Of a stretch of DNA of 64,000 nt, positions 35,923 to 49,220 are shown piece by piece. Origin of the DNA: Malacoraja senta (lineage: Eukaryota). The stretch spans positions 5,146,001 through 5,210,000 of the forward strand of contig CM075989.1 of assembly GCA_038087875.1 (NCBI GenBank). Reading direction: 5' to 3'. Below the pieces are notes generated by a model that saw nothing but the letters and a program-made list of their open reading frames with translations, was not told the origin of the DNA and did not search any database. Made by a program: the position numbers and the translations under genes. The stretch's first letter is position 1, and every line of letters begins with the position of its first letter.

Positions 35923-37604
35923 CTGATGGGACTTTATCACAATGACGTGCAGTATTCTGTTATTGCTCTGCATTAAATAAGAGATGCACATTCACGGACT
36001 ATTTTAGACGCTTGATATGTGAAGGGATGTGGGCTCCAAGCAGGCTTGAAGGTCCAAGACTGGCCATCATCGTATTAAATGGTGGAGCCATCTGAGGTTT
36101 GACATGGCCCACTCCTGCTTCACTTCCTGTAACGTCGTTTCCAAAACAAAGCCCCTTTGTCAGCTATGTCACTCTGTTTGAATTATGATGGGGTTGTGGC
36201 GTGGGGGGTGGCGCCCTGGAGTATTGTGTTGGGAACAAGATTGGACCAGCCATGATCTTATTGATGGAGATCTGGCTCGAGGGACGGATTGACCTATACT
36301 TGCTCCTGTAAACGTGTGTTCTCATGAGGCTCAGAATATGGATGGGTTATTTGGACAGTACCTGCCAATGGTCAGCACGGTGGCGCAGCTGGTAGAGTTA
36401 CTGCCTCACTGCACCTGAGGCCAGGTTCGTTCCTGACCTCGGGTGCTATCTGTGTGGAGTTTGCACGTTCTCCCTGTGACTGCATGGGTTTCCTCTGGGA
36501 GCTCCGGTTTCCTAATACTTCACAAAGGCGTGCGGGTTCGCAGGTTAATTGGCTCTCAGTGTTCAGGGAGCCGATAATTCCATTTCCACAGCCATAGTTT
36601 GTATGGCTGTGGAAATGGAATTTCGTTTGAGCCTCTTTGAGGTTCAAATGACAATAAAATCTAATCAATCAATCAATCAATAGTGTGAACGAGCGATCGA
36701 TGGTCGGTGTGGACCCGGTGGGCCGAAGGGCCTGTTTCCATGCTGTATCGCTAAACTAAACTAAACTAAACTAAACGTGAGGGTTGGGATAAAAACTCTG
36801 GTCAAACATTGAACAGTACAGATGTTAACAATTGGAGGACAAATCTACAGATGCTTGACATCCAAAACTAAAACGGAAACGCCTGGAAGATTCGCAAGCA
36901 ACAGTGGGATTAGAAACAGGGCTGAGATTTGATGACTAAAATCGACCTTCCATCTCTACTGATGCTGCGTCAATACTTCCAGCATTCTGTTTTTGTTTCA
37001 GATATGGATGAACTTTGGGTGATTGAAAGAAGAAAAGAGGAACTAAATACTGGGACTGAAAAAAAAAGTGATGTTTTGTTTAATGTTGACATTAAGTTAA
37101 AAGAAACGCAGAAAGTTTTGATAGCATCTTGGTGACAGCCACCTTAAGGGGTGACACGGTGGCGCAGCGGTAGAGTTGCTGCCTTACAGTGCTCACAGCG
37201 CCAGAGACCCGGGTTCGATCCTGACTACGGGTGCCGTCCGTACGTTCTTCCTGTGACCGCTTGGGTTTTCTCCGAGATCTTTGGTTTCTTCCCACACCCC
37301 AAAGACGTACAGGTTTGTAGGTTAATTGGGTTGGTATAAATGTAAATTGTCCCGCGTGTGTGTGGGATAGCATTAGTGTGCGGGGATTGCTGGTTGGTGC
37401 AGACTCTTTATGCCGAAGGGCCTGTATCTCTAAAACTAAAAAAAACTAAAACCCTAAATGTTCTGCTGCCTCAATACTATCTCTCGTCCCATTACTCTTC
37501 ACCGGATGATGTAAGCTAATGTTCTATTCACTAAGACCCAATATTTATAGAACATAGAACATAGCACTATGTTCTTCAGCACTTGCTGTACAGTGCAGGA
37601 ACGT

Positions 37605-37770
37605 GCAGGAAGAAACTGCAGATGCTGGTTTAAACCGAAGATAGACACAAAAAGCTGGAGTAACTCAGAGTCTGAAGGAAGGTCTCGACCCGAAACATCA
37701 CCCATTCCTTCTCTCCAAAGATGCTGCCTGTCCCGCTGAGAGACTCCAGCTTTTTGTGTATATCTTCACA
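37605..37770. mobile_element. Penelope-derived inverted unit
   Basis: aagatagacacaaaaagctggagtaactcag...ctgagagactccagctttttgtgtatatctt inverted arms. Similar units at 42700-42918, 53087-53277, 44334-44460, 46494-46608, 52231-52323. Confidence 0.75.
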
Positions 37771-37821
37771 GCACAGCACAGCACAGTCCCTTCAGCCCAC
37801 AATGTCCGCGCTGAGAATGAG

Positions 37822-38575
37822 TTTTTTTTTTTTAAATTTGTATTTTATTAGAAGTACATTACATTACAACCACATACATTAGTACTTGTCATTTATATCT
37901 TCTTACAATTAATGTACTCCATTTATTTTTTACACTAGAAAAGGAAAAGATTGAAAGAAAGAAGAAAGTGAAGGAAAAAGTGAAAGTGTAGGAAATGTGA
38001 CAACAAAAAAGGACGAAGACCCTATAAGAGCAAAATTAAAAACAAAAGAAAAAGAGTTAAGAAATAGACCCTAGGAAAGAAAGAAAGAGAGAAAGAGGAA
38101 AAAGAGAGAAACAAATATTTTTATGAGCATTACGTAAATGGGACATACCAGCTCTTCAACTATCATCCCCCCTTACCTGACCTCAATTTTTTTTTTTTTT
38201 AAGTACTTTTGCACCCTATGTTTGTAATAATTCTATAAATGCAGACCACGTCAGGTGGAAGTGATCTGGTTTACCTGCTAGGAGGAGTCTTATCTCTTCT
38301 AGGTGTAATGTTTCAAACATATTTGAAATCCACATATTTATAGTTGGTATTGGAGCCTTCTTCCAAAATTTTAGAATTTGCTTTTTTCCAGTTATTAACC
38401 CATAGTCCATTAGTTTCTTTTGAAACACATTTAGTTCTGGACCATCTTCCGTTATACCGAAGATAATCCATTCTGCTTTGGGTATCAGTCTTGTTTTAAA
38501 TAACTTTGTAAAGATTTCAAAAATTTCATTCCAAAATTTTGAATTTTTGTACAAGAAATGAATGAGTGCGTTATG
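37822..38575 (-). mobile_element. L1-clade LINE 3' fragment
   Basis: ORF 38216-38596 nearly identical to 3052-3264; poly(T) at 37822. Confidence 0.85.
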
Positions 38576-38774
38576 GCGCGCTGAGAATGATACCAAGGTA
38601 AACTAATCTGATCTTCTTGCATGTGATTGATACCCTCCATTCCCTGCATATCCATGTGCCCATCCAAAAGCCTCTTAAGCACCACTATTGTGTCTGTCAC
38701 CACCACCATCAACACCCTGGCAGCACGTTCCAGGCACCCACTATTAGATTTAGTTCCTCCCACACTGTTGAGTG

Positions 38775-38905
38775 CATTGGAACTCCCCCTCTGGTTATGG
38801 ACAACCCAGGCCAGTGCCGGTCCCAAGACGGACAAAGGAGGGTGGTTGGGCATAGGGCGAGCACCCCTTCCCTGTAAAACCCTGTAACCCGCTACGGAAA
38901 CAGGC
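38775..38905 (+). ncRNA. Degenerate twister-ribozyme motif within an RTE-type 5' UTR fragment
   Basis: AACTCC...GCCGGTCCCAAGACGGACAAAGGAGGGTGG resembles the twister core GCCGGUCCCAAGCCCGGAUAAA...GAGGG; followed by RTE-like ggttgggcatagggcgagcaccccttccctgtaaaac...gctacggaaac. Confidence 0.6.
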
Positions 38906-40866
38906 ACCCACTGTAACTAGGTAAAAATGACCTGCCCCACACATCTCCTTTAAACTTTGCCCCTCTTACCTTGAAGGTATTTACATTCTATATATTCCAA
39001 ATGGAACAATCAATAGCAGCCAAGCAAAGAGTGAGCAGGTTCCACTCTGGTGGATTCATACTTTCCACTTCACCAGAGTCCTCGGATCTCACACCAATTG
39101 TAAGTTGCTTACCCGACCACTGAGTTAGTTAGTCAGTGAGTTAAGTACCTTGCAAAAATCTTTCCGAACGAATTGTTCTCAGCTTCTCACTCAACTAACC
39201 AGCCAATTAACCTATTTCTCAATGAAATAACTACTCACTCAACTACTAGCCATTCATGGAACGATCTGCCAGAGGAGGTAGTTGAGCCAGTTACTATAAT
39301 AGCATTTAAAAGACATTTGGATAAGTACATGGTCAGGAAATGTTTAGAAGGATGAGCACCAAATGCGGGCAGGTGGGCCTAGTGTAAATGGGGCATCTTG
39401 GTCAGCATGGGACAAGGTGGGCCGAAGGGCCTGTTTCCATGCTGTATAACTGAGTGTATGGCTCTAAGAAGTCATTGAACTGAGTGCAGGAATACACAGA
39501 TTCCTTCACCCATTCCTTCTCTCCAGAGATGCTGCCTGTCCCGTTGAGTTACTCCAGCATTTTGTGTCTCTCACAGGAATACACAGAAATGGAACTATTC
39601 CAGGACTCGTGCAGAATTTATGCTCTTTTGCAGAAAGACTATGTCCTGATTTTCATTGCTCAAGGTCCCTTCAGAAGCATTTCCCACATCAAAGTATTGC
39701 CTGAACCGCTCTTTGCCTAATCACCCAGATCGCCAGTAAGTAACTTGATCAAGCATCCCTCAGTCCCACACTCGTTCCAGCACCTGAACATGTGATCGCT
39801 GGTTACAATCTCCCTGCCATGCATAAACCAGCTCACATCACCTCCCAGCCACATAATTACCGGCCACTAGATCACCCAGCCAGGTAATTGTTTGATCACT
39901 CAATTTCCAAGTCGTATGATTACCTCCCTACTCCATCACCTAAACGGCAAATCATTTAGCTTTGCTATAATCTGCCCATACCATCACCCATGAAATCATT
40001 CCATTGGGCATAGACCGTGGATAGATTGAATGATATAACATCAAAACAAGCCCTTCGGCCCATCAAGTCCAAGTCTCGACCAGAAACGTCACCCATACCT
40101 TCTCTCCAGAGATGCTGCCTGTCCCGCTGAGTTACTACAGCTTTTTGTGTCTATCTTCAGTTTAAACCAGCATCTGCAGTTCCTTCCGACACGAGTTCAC
40201 ACCCACCATCGATCATCCATTCGCACCATTTTCTCATCCGCACCCTACATATTAGTGTCAATTTACAGAGACTAACTAATCTAAAAAACCGCACATCTTT
40301 GGGATGTAGCAGGAAATTGGAGAACCCGGAGAAAACACACACGCTGACAAGGAGAACGTGCAAACTCCACGCAGATCGCACCCCGAGGTCAGGATCGAAC
40401 CTAAGTCCCTTGGGATTGTGGGGCAGCAGCTCTAACAGTTGCGCCACTGTGCTGCCCTATGTTCACACTGCTAGTCTATGCTAGAGTTGTGGATGTAGCC
40501 CAGACCATCACACAAACCAACTTCCCTTCCATTGACTGCATCTACACTTCACGCTGCCTCAGCAAGGCCACAGGCATAATCAAGGACCAGTCTCACCCTC
40601 TTCTCCCCTCTCCCATCAGGAAAATTAACTGTCCTTTCAACAGCCAGAGTGAGGTCCTGACCTCCCATCTACCTCATTGGAGATCTTCAAACTATCTTTA
40701 ATCAGACTTTACTGGACTTTATCATGCACTAAACATGATACCCTCTATTCCATATCCGCACACTGTGGACGACTTCATTGTAATCGTGTATAGTCTTTTC
40801 TCTGATTGGATGGCAAGCAACAAAAAACCTTGGTACATGCGCCAATAATAAACTAAACAAAACTAA

Positions 40867-41720
40867 AGGGCCTGTCCCACTTGGGCGACCTAATCCGCAG
40901 GTCCAGAAGAGTGCCTTTGACCTTCAAGGTCGAGGGCACTCTCCTGGAAAGCCTCGAGCTGGATCGACCGAACCGCGAGCTGCATCGACCTACCGTACAC
41001 ACACACACACACACAAACACATCGCGAAGGTGGGGGTCAGGGAAAGCGGAGGAGCACTGTCTATGCGATGAAGACAAAGGTAAACGGCTCCATAGAGTAC
41101 CATAAGTCCTTTAGAGAGCGCGGGGGGGGGGGGGGGGGGGAAGGGGAGAGAAGGGGAGAGAAGGGAGAGAGAAGGGGGAGAGAAGGGGAGGAGAAGGGGA
41201 GAGAAGGGGAGAGAAGGAGGAGAGAAGGGGGAGAGAAGGGGAGGAGAAGGGGAGAGAAGGGAAGGAGGAGAGAAGGGGGAGAGAAGGGGAGGAGAAGGGA
41301 ACAGAAGGGGGGGAGCAGGAGTGGAGACACTTTTAAGAAGTATAATAAAGTTTAGCGGGCATTTTATCTACCGGTCGGTCTTCCTAGGTCGTGAAAACTC
41401 CAATGAGCCAATCAAAATGCCCGGTCAGCGAAGGAGATGGCCTACGGCTGCCCTCGAGTGCCTGTAAGTAAATAGCGGCCCCACTCCACTGCACTACGAG
41501 TGAAAAAGACCCATGCCGACCAACATTTTTCAATATGCTGAACATTTTTCCGCGACCTAGCTGAGGCCGCGAGTAGGCGGGAACCTCCCTCGAGCATGAA
41601 GGAGAGTTCCAGCCACATCATCCCACCTCCTAGGACCTTGTGTTGACCATGCTGCGAGTTTGAGTCCAGGGCAAACTTGTCTAAACTTGCAGATTAGGTC
41701 GCCCAAATGAGACAGGCCCT
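40867..41720. mobile_element. PIF/Harbinger-type MITE with internal GA-rich repeat
   Basis: TAA|AGGGCCTGTCCCACTTGGGCGACCTAATC...GATTAGGTCGCCCAAATGAGACAGGCCCT. Confidence 0.85.
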
Positions 41721-41862
41721 GAGGAGAAACTGGTTGTTTCCTGAGGTAATCAATCACTGGATCAATCGATCACAGTCATGCCACTGCAGGGCAACTTAAT
41801 CACTTCCATGTATTTGGAAATGCACCTCAGTGAATTAATCCAATCATTACCATGGTGTGGGG

Positions 41863-42700
41863 GGGTGCCGTCCTGTATGGGTTTGGCTGCCCAGCTGTCC
41901 CTTTTTTCACCTCTTCTTTTAATTTTTAGTGAGTTAAAGTGTTTTGTGTTGGAGGTTTTAGTCTTTTTTGTGTGGTGGGTGGTGGGGGGGGGGGGGAAGG
42001 GGGAAACTGCATTTCTCAGTCACTACCTGGTCGGGGGCGGCTTTCCTCCAAGCAGCAACTTCGACCCGTCCTCGCAGCCTTCCATCGGGGTCTGGAGCGG
42101 CGTTTCCTGAGGGGACCGGCCAGAACGACGGTTTCGGCGGCGGCACAGCGCTGGAGCGCTATCGCGGAGCGGGCGATGCCTTACCCGGGTCGCCGCGCTG
42201 GAGCTGGGACCGCCGATTGGAACATCGCGGAGCTGCGGGACTGTGGAGCGGCCAGCCGCGGGCGGCGGCACTGAACTTTACATCGCGGAGCCTGGGATCT
42301 CTCGCCGAGGTCGCCAGTGGTGGAGTTCCGTCCAGCGCAGCCTGTTGGCTTCGGAAGCCGCAGTCTCCGGTAAGGAAGCGGCCGTTCCAGGCATCCCAAG
42401 CCGCTGAGAGGATTCTCCCGACGCCGGAGCACCATCACCCGGCGAAGAAGGGCCTGGAACATCGGCCCCCGTAGTGGCGACTGCGGGGGCCTCAATAGGC
42501 CCGACTATGGGTGGACATGGGGATGGGGACTGGACTTTGTGCCTTCCCTCACAGTGGGAACCATTGTGGGGGCATGTTTGTATGTTCAAATTTCTTTACT
42601 ATTGTTATGTTTGTATTCTTATTAATGTGCTGCAATGGCAACTTGAATTTCACTACACCAATTGGTGTACGTGACAATAAATGTACCTTTGAACCTTTGA
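41863..42700 (+). mobile_element. GC-rich structured non-autonomous retroposon, copy E
   Basis: Head, T-tract, G-run, hairpin ~42029-42066, 3' hairpin ~42545-42572, tail aatttcactacaccaattggtgtacgtgacaataaa. Confidence 0.7.
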
Positions 42701-43076
42701 ACTGCAGATGCTGGTTTAAACAAGATAGACGCAAAAAGCTGGAGTAACTCAGCGGGACAGGCAGCATCTCTGGAGAGAAGGAATGGGTGATGTTCGGGAT
42801 CGAGACCCTTCTTCAGACTCAAGTTTTGAAGAAGGGTCTCGATCCGAAACGTCACCCATTCCTTGTCTCCAGAGATACTGCCTGTCCCACTGAATTACTC
42901 CAGCATTTTCCGTCTATCGAGCAGTTTATAGATGAGCAGCAATCACATGCACAGAATAAACATACCGCAGAAAGCTGTAATCTCCAAAAATGACAGGGTT
43001 TGCAACAAGTAAGATGTATTTTAAATTCCAAAATTCAAAGCCAGTTGATTCCCATCGGCTTTCAGATTTAATGAAT

Positions 43077-43246
43077 GTGGGACATGTTGTGGACAGTAAA
43101 CCCTCTCCAAAGTGATTTCAATGAGTGCCTCAGGAACTAATTCAATTCCAGGTTTAACTCTGGTCAGCCTTGTTTCAAAGATGCTTCATCCAAACGTTCT
43201 TTATTTGCCACACATGTTACTGCACGGTGGAATTCCTTTTGCATAT
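43077..43246 (+). repeat. Local direct duplication, partner at 46023-46213
   Basis: gtgggacatgttgtggacagtaaaccctctcc...aattcaattccaggtttaactctggtcagccttgtttcaaagatgcttcat...ttccttttgcatatg in both. Confidence 0.85.
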
Positions 43247-44552
43247 GTTACACATGCGGGCGCCAACATTAAAGGGCACCATTAGTCCAAAGTCCGGTCG
43301 GCCCTTGCGCTCGATGTACTGGAGCAGTTCCTGTGAACCGACGCCCCTCTCCTCCCCTCGCCCGGCCATCTATGTGTCCCCGGGGCACTTCGTGCAGCCG
43401 ACCTTGAAGGCGCTGGAGGCATTACCCCGGTTCACCCTCCTCACATCCGACATCTCCGCTCCATCCCGGTCCCGCCGAGCCTTCGGGAGGGGGGTTGGGG
43501 GGGGGGGTGGTTACCTGTCCCGATGACTGGTCCCAGGCAGCTACCCCTAGTAGCCAAAGGGAGACAAAGATTTTTACAATGAAGATAATCTGTGCTGAAA
43601 CTAACACACTGGTAGAGTTGCAGCCTCACAGTGCCGGAGACCCGGGTTCGATCCTGACCTCGGGTGCTGTCTGTGTGGAGTTTGCGCACTTTTTCTTTGA
43701 GACTGCGTAGTTTATCTCTGGGTGATCTTGTTTCCTCCCGCATCCGAAGGTTGTGGGTTAAATTGGCCTCTGTAAATTGTCCCTAGTGTGTAAGGAGTGG
43801 ATGAGAAATGGGTGTTCGATGGTTGGCATGGACTCGGTGGGTCGAAGGGCCTATTTCCATGCAGTATCTCCAAACTAAAACTGAAGCTTAAACGAAATCC
43901 TGGACTGAAGTGGTGCCAGAATTGCAGATTTTTTGGACACTTGGATATCATTCAAATAGAAATGCTGACACACTTTTAATTCAGTTGTATTTCACTGTTA
44001 CATGGTAGTGCAATGCATTTTCCAGCAAATCTAGTAAGTTTAAAGAATGTGTAGGAAACAGGACCAGGTGAGTTTGGAAGGGAGCACAGGATATAGGCAT
44101 GGGTGAGTTTTGAAGGGAGCAAGGGGCCCAGGGCATCAGTGTGTTAAAGAGAGCAGAGGAATTGGGGCCCCAATATGTTACCGGGCGGACAGGAGTCATA
44201 GAGTGATACAGTGTGGAAACAGGCCTTTTGGCCCAACTTGCCCACACCGGCCAACATGTCCCAGCCACACTAGTCCCATCTGCCTGCATTTGGTCCATAT
44301 CCCTCCAAACTTATCCTATCCATGTACCTGTCTAAGAAGGAACTGCAGATGCTGGAAAATCAAAGGTAGACAAAAATGCTGGTGAAACTCAGCGGGTGAG
44401 GCAGCATCTATGGAGCGAAGGAAATAGGCAACGTTTCAGGTCGAAACCCTTCTGCAGACTCATCCCGTGTATCTGTCTAACTGTTTCTTAAATGTTGGGA
44501 TAGTCCCAGCCTCAACTGCCTCCTCTGGCAGCTTGTTCCATACACCCACCAC

Positions 44553-45045
44553 ACAAAAAGGGACCACATCACCCCGACCCTGGCCTCTCTCCACTGGCTC
44601 CCTGTGCGGTTCCGTATACATTTCAAGATCCTCCTCTATGTCTACAAAGCCCTCAATGGGCTTGCCCCCACCTACATTAAAAGTCTTCTCACCCACCACT
44701 CCACCTCCAGGTCCCTCAGACCGGCCGACTTGGGGTTGCTGAATATCCCGCGGTCTAGGCATAAGCTCAGGGGCGACCGCGCCTTTGCGGTTGCAGCCCC
44801 TAGACTGTGGAACAGCATCCCCCTTCCCATCAGAACTGCCCCCTCCATCGACTCTTTTAAGTCAAGACTAAAAACGTGTCTATACTCCCAAGCCTTTCTT
44901 GACGTCCTCTGAGCGAGGGCTATATGTATATATGTATGTAGTTTGTTTGTTTATATTATTCTTATAACAAATGTAAAGCACTTTGGCCAACGAGAGTTGT
45001 TTTTTAAATGTGCTATATAAATAAATGTGACTTGACTTGACTTGA
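44553..45045 (+). mobile_element. L2-clade LINE 3' end inserted in a CR1 fragment
   Basis: HITP...LHWLPVRFRIHFKILLYVYKALNGLAPTY...GDRAFAVAAPRLWNSIP...FKSRLKT; tail tgtaaagcactttgg...aaatgtgctatataaataaa+(TGACT)n. Confidence 0.92.
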
Positions 45046-47224
45046 CCCTTTCTGTGAAAAAGTAACCCTTCAGATTCCCATTAAGTCTTTTCCCCTTCAC
45101 CTTGAACCTGTGTCCTCTGGTCCTCGATTCCCCGACTCTTGGCAAGAGATAATGTGCATCTACCCGATCTATTCCTCTCATGATTTTATACATGATTTTA
45201 AAGGGCAGGAATCAGCAGCTGCTGAGCTGGATGCTGAACCATCAGGATTTCTGAACAATTGCATTGGGGATTATTGGAGTTTACTATAATGGTATGGTAC
45301 CGCTTGGAATATTTACCCTCAGTTCCGCGCCAAACAAACCTGTTACCAGCGCTGGAATCAGAAGCATCGCAAGACCACCTTGTCACCAAACCCGCATCCA
45401 CCCCCATCAGCTCCATACCACTTACACGTTCACTAATCTTAATCACAATGCCCCATTCCACTAATCCCATCACACTCCACCTTCCAGCATTAATTTCCAC
45501 CAAAGATAGACACAAAATGCTGGAGCAACTCAGCGGGACAGGCAGTATCTCAGGAGAGAAGGACTGCATCTGCTGTTCCGACTAATAATTTCAACCAACA
45601 AATCCTGCTCCATTACGTAAATTGGAGGAACAGCATCTTATATTTCACTTGGGGAGCTTACAGCCCAGTGTATGAGTTGATTTCTCTCACTTCAGGTAGC
45701 CCCGGCATTCCCTCTCTCTATCCCTCCCCCACCCAAGTCACACTAGCTTCTCGTTTCCACCCAACAAACAGCTAACAATGGTCTGTTTCTTTTATCATCG
45801 TTACATTTTGCATTTCTTTCATTCATTGTTCTTTATCTCTCCACATCATCGTTTATATCTCTCGTTTCACTTATCCCTAACCAGTCTGAAGAAGGGCCTC
45901 GACCCAAAACGTCACCCATTCCTTCTCTCCAGAGATGCTGCCTGTCCCGCTGAGTTACTCCAACATTTTGTGTCTATCTTCTGCCCCATGAAGGATCAGA
46001 GCCAATACTTCCATTTATGAAGGTGGGACATGTTGTGGACAGTAAACCCTCTCCCAGGAGGCAGTCGTTTAAGTGATTTCAATGAGGTTGAGTGCCTCAG
46101 GATATAATTCAATTCCAGGTTTAACTCTGGTCAGCCTTGTTTCAAAGATGCTTCATTCAATCATTCTTTATTTGTCACATATGTCACTGCACAGTGAAAT
46201 TCCTTTTGCATATGAGACAATTCTGAATCTGTGTGTGTGTGTTGTGCCTTCTACAGATGCGCCATAGAAAACATTTTAACAAGGCGCTTCACGGCATTGT
46301 TTGGGAACAGCTCCATCCAACACCGCAAGAGAATGGTGGGCACAATCTAATCCATCACACAAAGCAACCTCCCTTCCGTTGACTCCATCTACACTTCACA
46401 CTGCCTCAGCAAGGCCAGCAGCATAATCAAGGACCAATTAATGGAGCGGCTGGGCTTGTATACTCTGGAGTTCAGAAGGATGAGAGGGGATGTTCAAGAA
46501 GGAACTGCAGATGCTGGAAAATCGAAGTGCTGGAGAAACTCAGCGGGTGAGGCAGCATCTATGGAGGGAAGGAAATAGGCAACGTTTCGGGCTGAAACCC
46601 TTCTTCAGAGAGGGGATCTTATTGAAACATATAAGATTGTTAAGGGTTTGGACACACTAGAGGCAGGAAACATGTTCCCGATTTTGGGGGAATCCAGAAC
46701 CAGGGGCCACAGTTTAAGAATAAGGAGTAAGCCATTAAGAACGGAGACGAGGAAACACTTTTTCTCACAGAGAGTTGTGGGTCTGTGGAATTCTCTGCCT
46801 CAGAGGGTGGTGGAGGCCGGTTCTCTGGATACTTTCAACAGAGAGCGAGATAGGGCTCTTAAAGATAGCAGAGTCAGGGGATGTGGGGAGAAGGCAGAAA
46901 CGGGGTACTGATTGGGGATGATCAGCCATGATCACATTGAATGGCGGTACTGGCTCGAAGGGCCGAATGGCCTACTCCTGCACCTATTGTCTATTGTCTA
47001 TTGTCAGTCTCATCCCGACCACTCTATCTCCTCACCTCTCCCATCAGGCAAGAGATACAGAAGTGTGAAAAAGTGTGAAAATGTGAAACCTCCAGATTCA
47101 GGGACAGTTTCTTCCCAGCTGTAATAAGGCAACTGAATCATCCTATCAACAACTGGAGAGTTGTCCTGAGCTACTATCTACCTCATTGAAGACCCTTTAA
47201 TCTGACTTTACTGGACTTTATCTC

Positions 47225-47330
47225 TGTGATGTTTGGTGGACTGTGTGGGGTGGGAGGACCCGTTGCTCCTCCCGTGCAGCAGGTGGCGCTGCACAGGACA
47301 AAGGGAGATGTTTTGTATATAGTTCTCTCC

Positions 47331-47371
<41 letters not shown>

Positions 47372-47477
47372 CCATTTTGAGTTGTCTTGCTGCCAGCATT
47401 GAGTAAAGCATTAAAGACTTCTATTGTAAATTAAAGACTCTCAAGTTTTTGTGCAGACTTAGAAAACGAACACGAAA
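47225..47477 (+). mobile_element. Solo LTR (Gypsy/BEL-type) inserted in a Rex1 3' UTR
   Basis: 5-bp TSD atctc (47220-47224, 47478-47482); starts TGT, TATA-like tatata, ATTAAA signals, ends ...acacgaaa (terminal CA not intact); host ggactttatctc-gtactaaacgttattccc rejoins. Confidence 0.65.
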
Positions 47478-48629
47478 ATCTCGTACTAAACGTTATTCCC
47501 TTTATCATGTCTACACTATTCGGCCATGCATCGTCTTTCCGCTGACTGGTTAGCACACAACAAAAAACTTTCACTGTACCTAGGTACCTTGGTACACATG
47601 ACAATAAACTAAACTATACTAAACTAAGCTAAACTAAACTAGATTAGATCCCGAGTATTGTCATATACACCAAGGAGCAATGAAAATCCTTGTTCACATA
47701 GTCATAGCATGGAAGCAGGCCATTCAGCCCAACTTGCCCACGTTGACCAACATGCCCCACCTACACTTGTCCCATCTGCCCCTGCTTGGCCCATAAGCGT
47801 TTAAACATATCCTATCCATGTACCAGCCCAAAAGTCTCTGAAACATTATGATAGTACCTGCATCAACTTCTTCCTCCAGCTTGTACCATATACCTATCAT
47901 CCTTTGTGTAAAAATGTACACCTCAGTTTCCTATTAAATCTTTCCCCGCTCACCTTAAGCCTGCGTTCTCGATTTCCATTCTCTGGTGTAAAATACCCAA
48001 ACTATTCCTCCCATAATCTTGTACACCTCTATGAGGTCACCTCTCATCCTCCTGTGCTCCAAGGAATAAAGTCCTAGCCTGCTCAACCCTATAGCTCAGG
48101 CCCTCGAGTCCTGGCAACATCATGGGAATTCATCTCTGCACCTTTTCCCACTTGAACACAACTTCAATAACTGGCACTGGCCACTCAAATCAGCCACCCC
48201 GGACATGTTTATGATTGGTCTTACTGTACTTTAACGTTGTTTGTATCTATTTTAACTTATACTGTTCCATCAGGGACTGGATTGTTTTAGTGTTGTTATT
48301 ATTATGTGTGAAATGTTTTAAACGTCATGTGCGATGCTCCGGTATTCCCTGGGAAACGTCTTTTCGTGTTGCACTGCACAACTGTTGCTTGCAAGATGAC
48401 AATAAAGGAATTGAATTGAATTGAATTGAATTGAATGAAGCATAGAGTAAGCAGCGTACATACACTAACGATAAATACAGTAATGAGTTCACAACTGCAA
48501 AATGGTCCAAGATTGTGGAGCAAAATCAGAGTAGGTCAAAGGATTATTAAAGTACAATAACGGAATAAGCAAATGAAGTAGCATTCAAAGTAAAACTACA
48601 TCACTTCATGGAACGGGGTGAGAGAGGTA

Positions 48630-49220
48630 TTTGGTTCAGTAGTTGGATAGCAGTGGGGAAGAAGCTGATCTTAAATCAGGGCGTCTGAGTTTCAACTCCA
48701 GTATCTTCTCCCAGAGGTAGAAGAGAGAAAAGGCAATGGCAGGGTGGCCTGCATCCTTGATGATCATGGAAGGAAGTGAGGAGCCTGCGATGGACTGGGC
48801 TGAGTTCACCACTCTCTGCAAGTTCAGGCAGTCAAGAGCAGAGCAGTTGCATATCTGACTGAGATGCCTCCCATCACAATACGTTCCAAAACATATCAGT
48901 CGAATTTGAGAAATATCCTTGAGGACATACCAAATCTTCTTGGATCTGATTCAATGGGCTTCAGTCATTGAGATGTCACTTTATTTTTCTTGGCGACTGA
49001 AGGGATGGAGATTTCTTTGAAGTAGACGGACACTGTGGTTTAACAGTACACTGTTGAACTGAGAGGTGGAAGATGTTGGCAAAGACTGTGGATAGTTGAT
49101 TGCAACATGATTTCAAAACCCATCCAGGAACTCCATCCAGGCTGACCTTTTCCCAAGCGTTTACTCTTGTGAAAGCAGATCTGACTTCTACCACCGAGAT
49201 GTATGGGTCAGAGCCAGTGG
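48630..49220 (-). mobile_element. Old Rex1/Babar fragments
   Basis: ORFs 48636-48821 (QRVVNSAQSIAG) and 48976-49353 (EVRSAFTRVN..K..LDGVPGWVLKSCCNQLSTVFANIFHLS). Confidence 0.7.
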
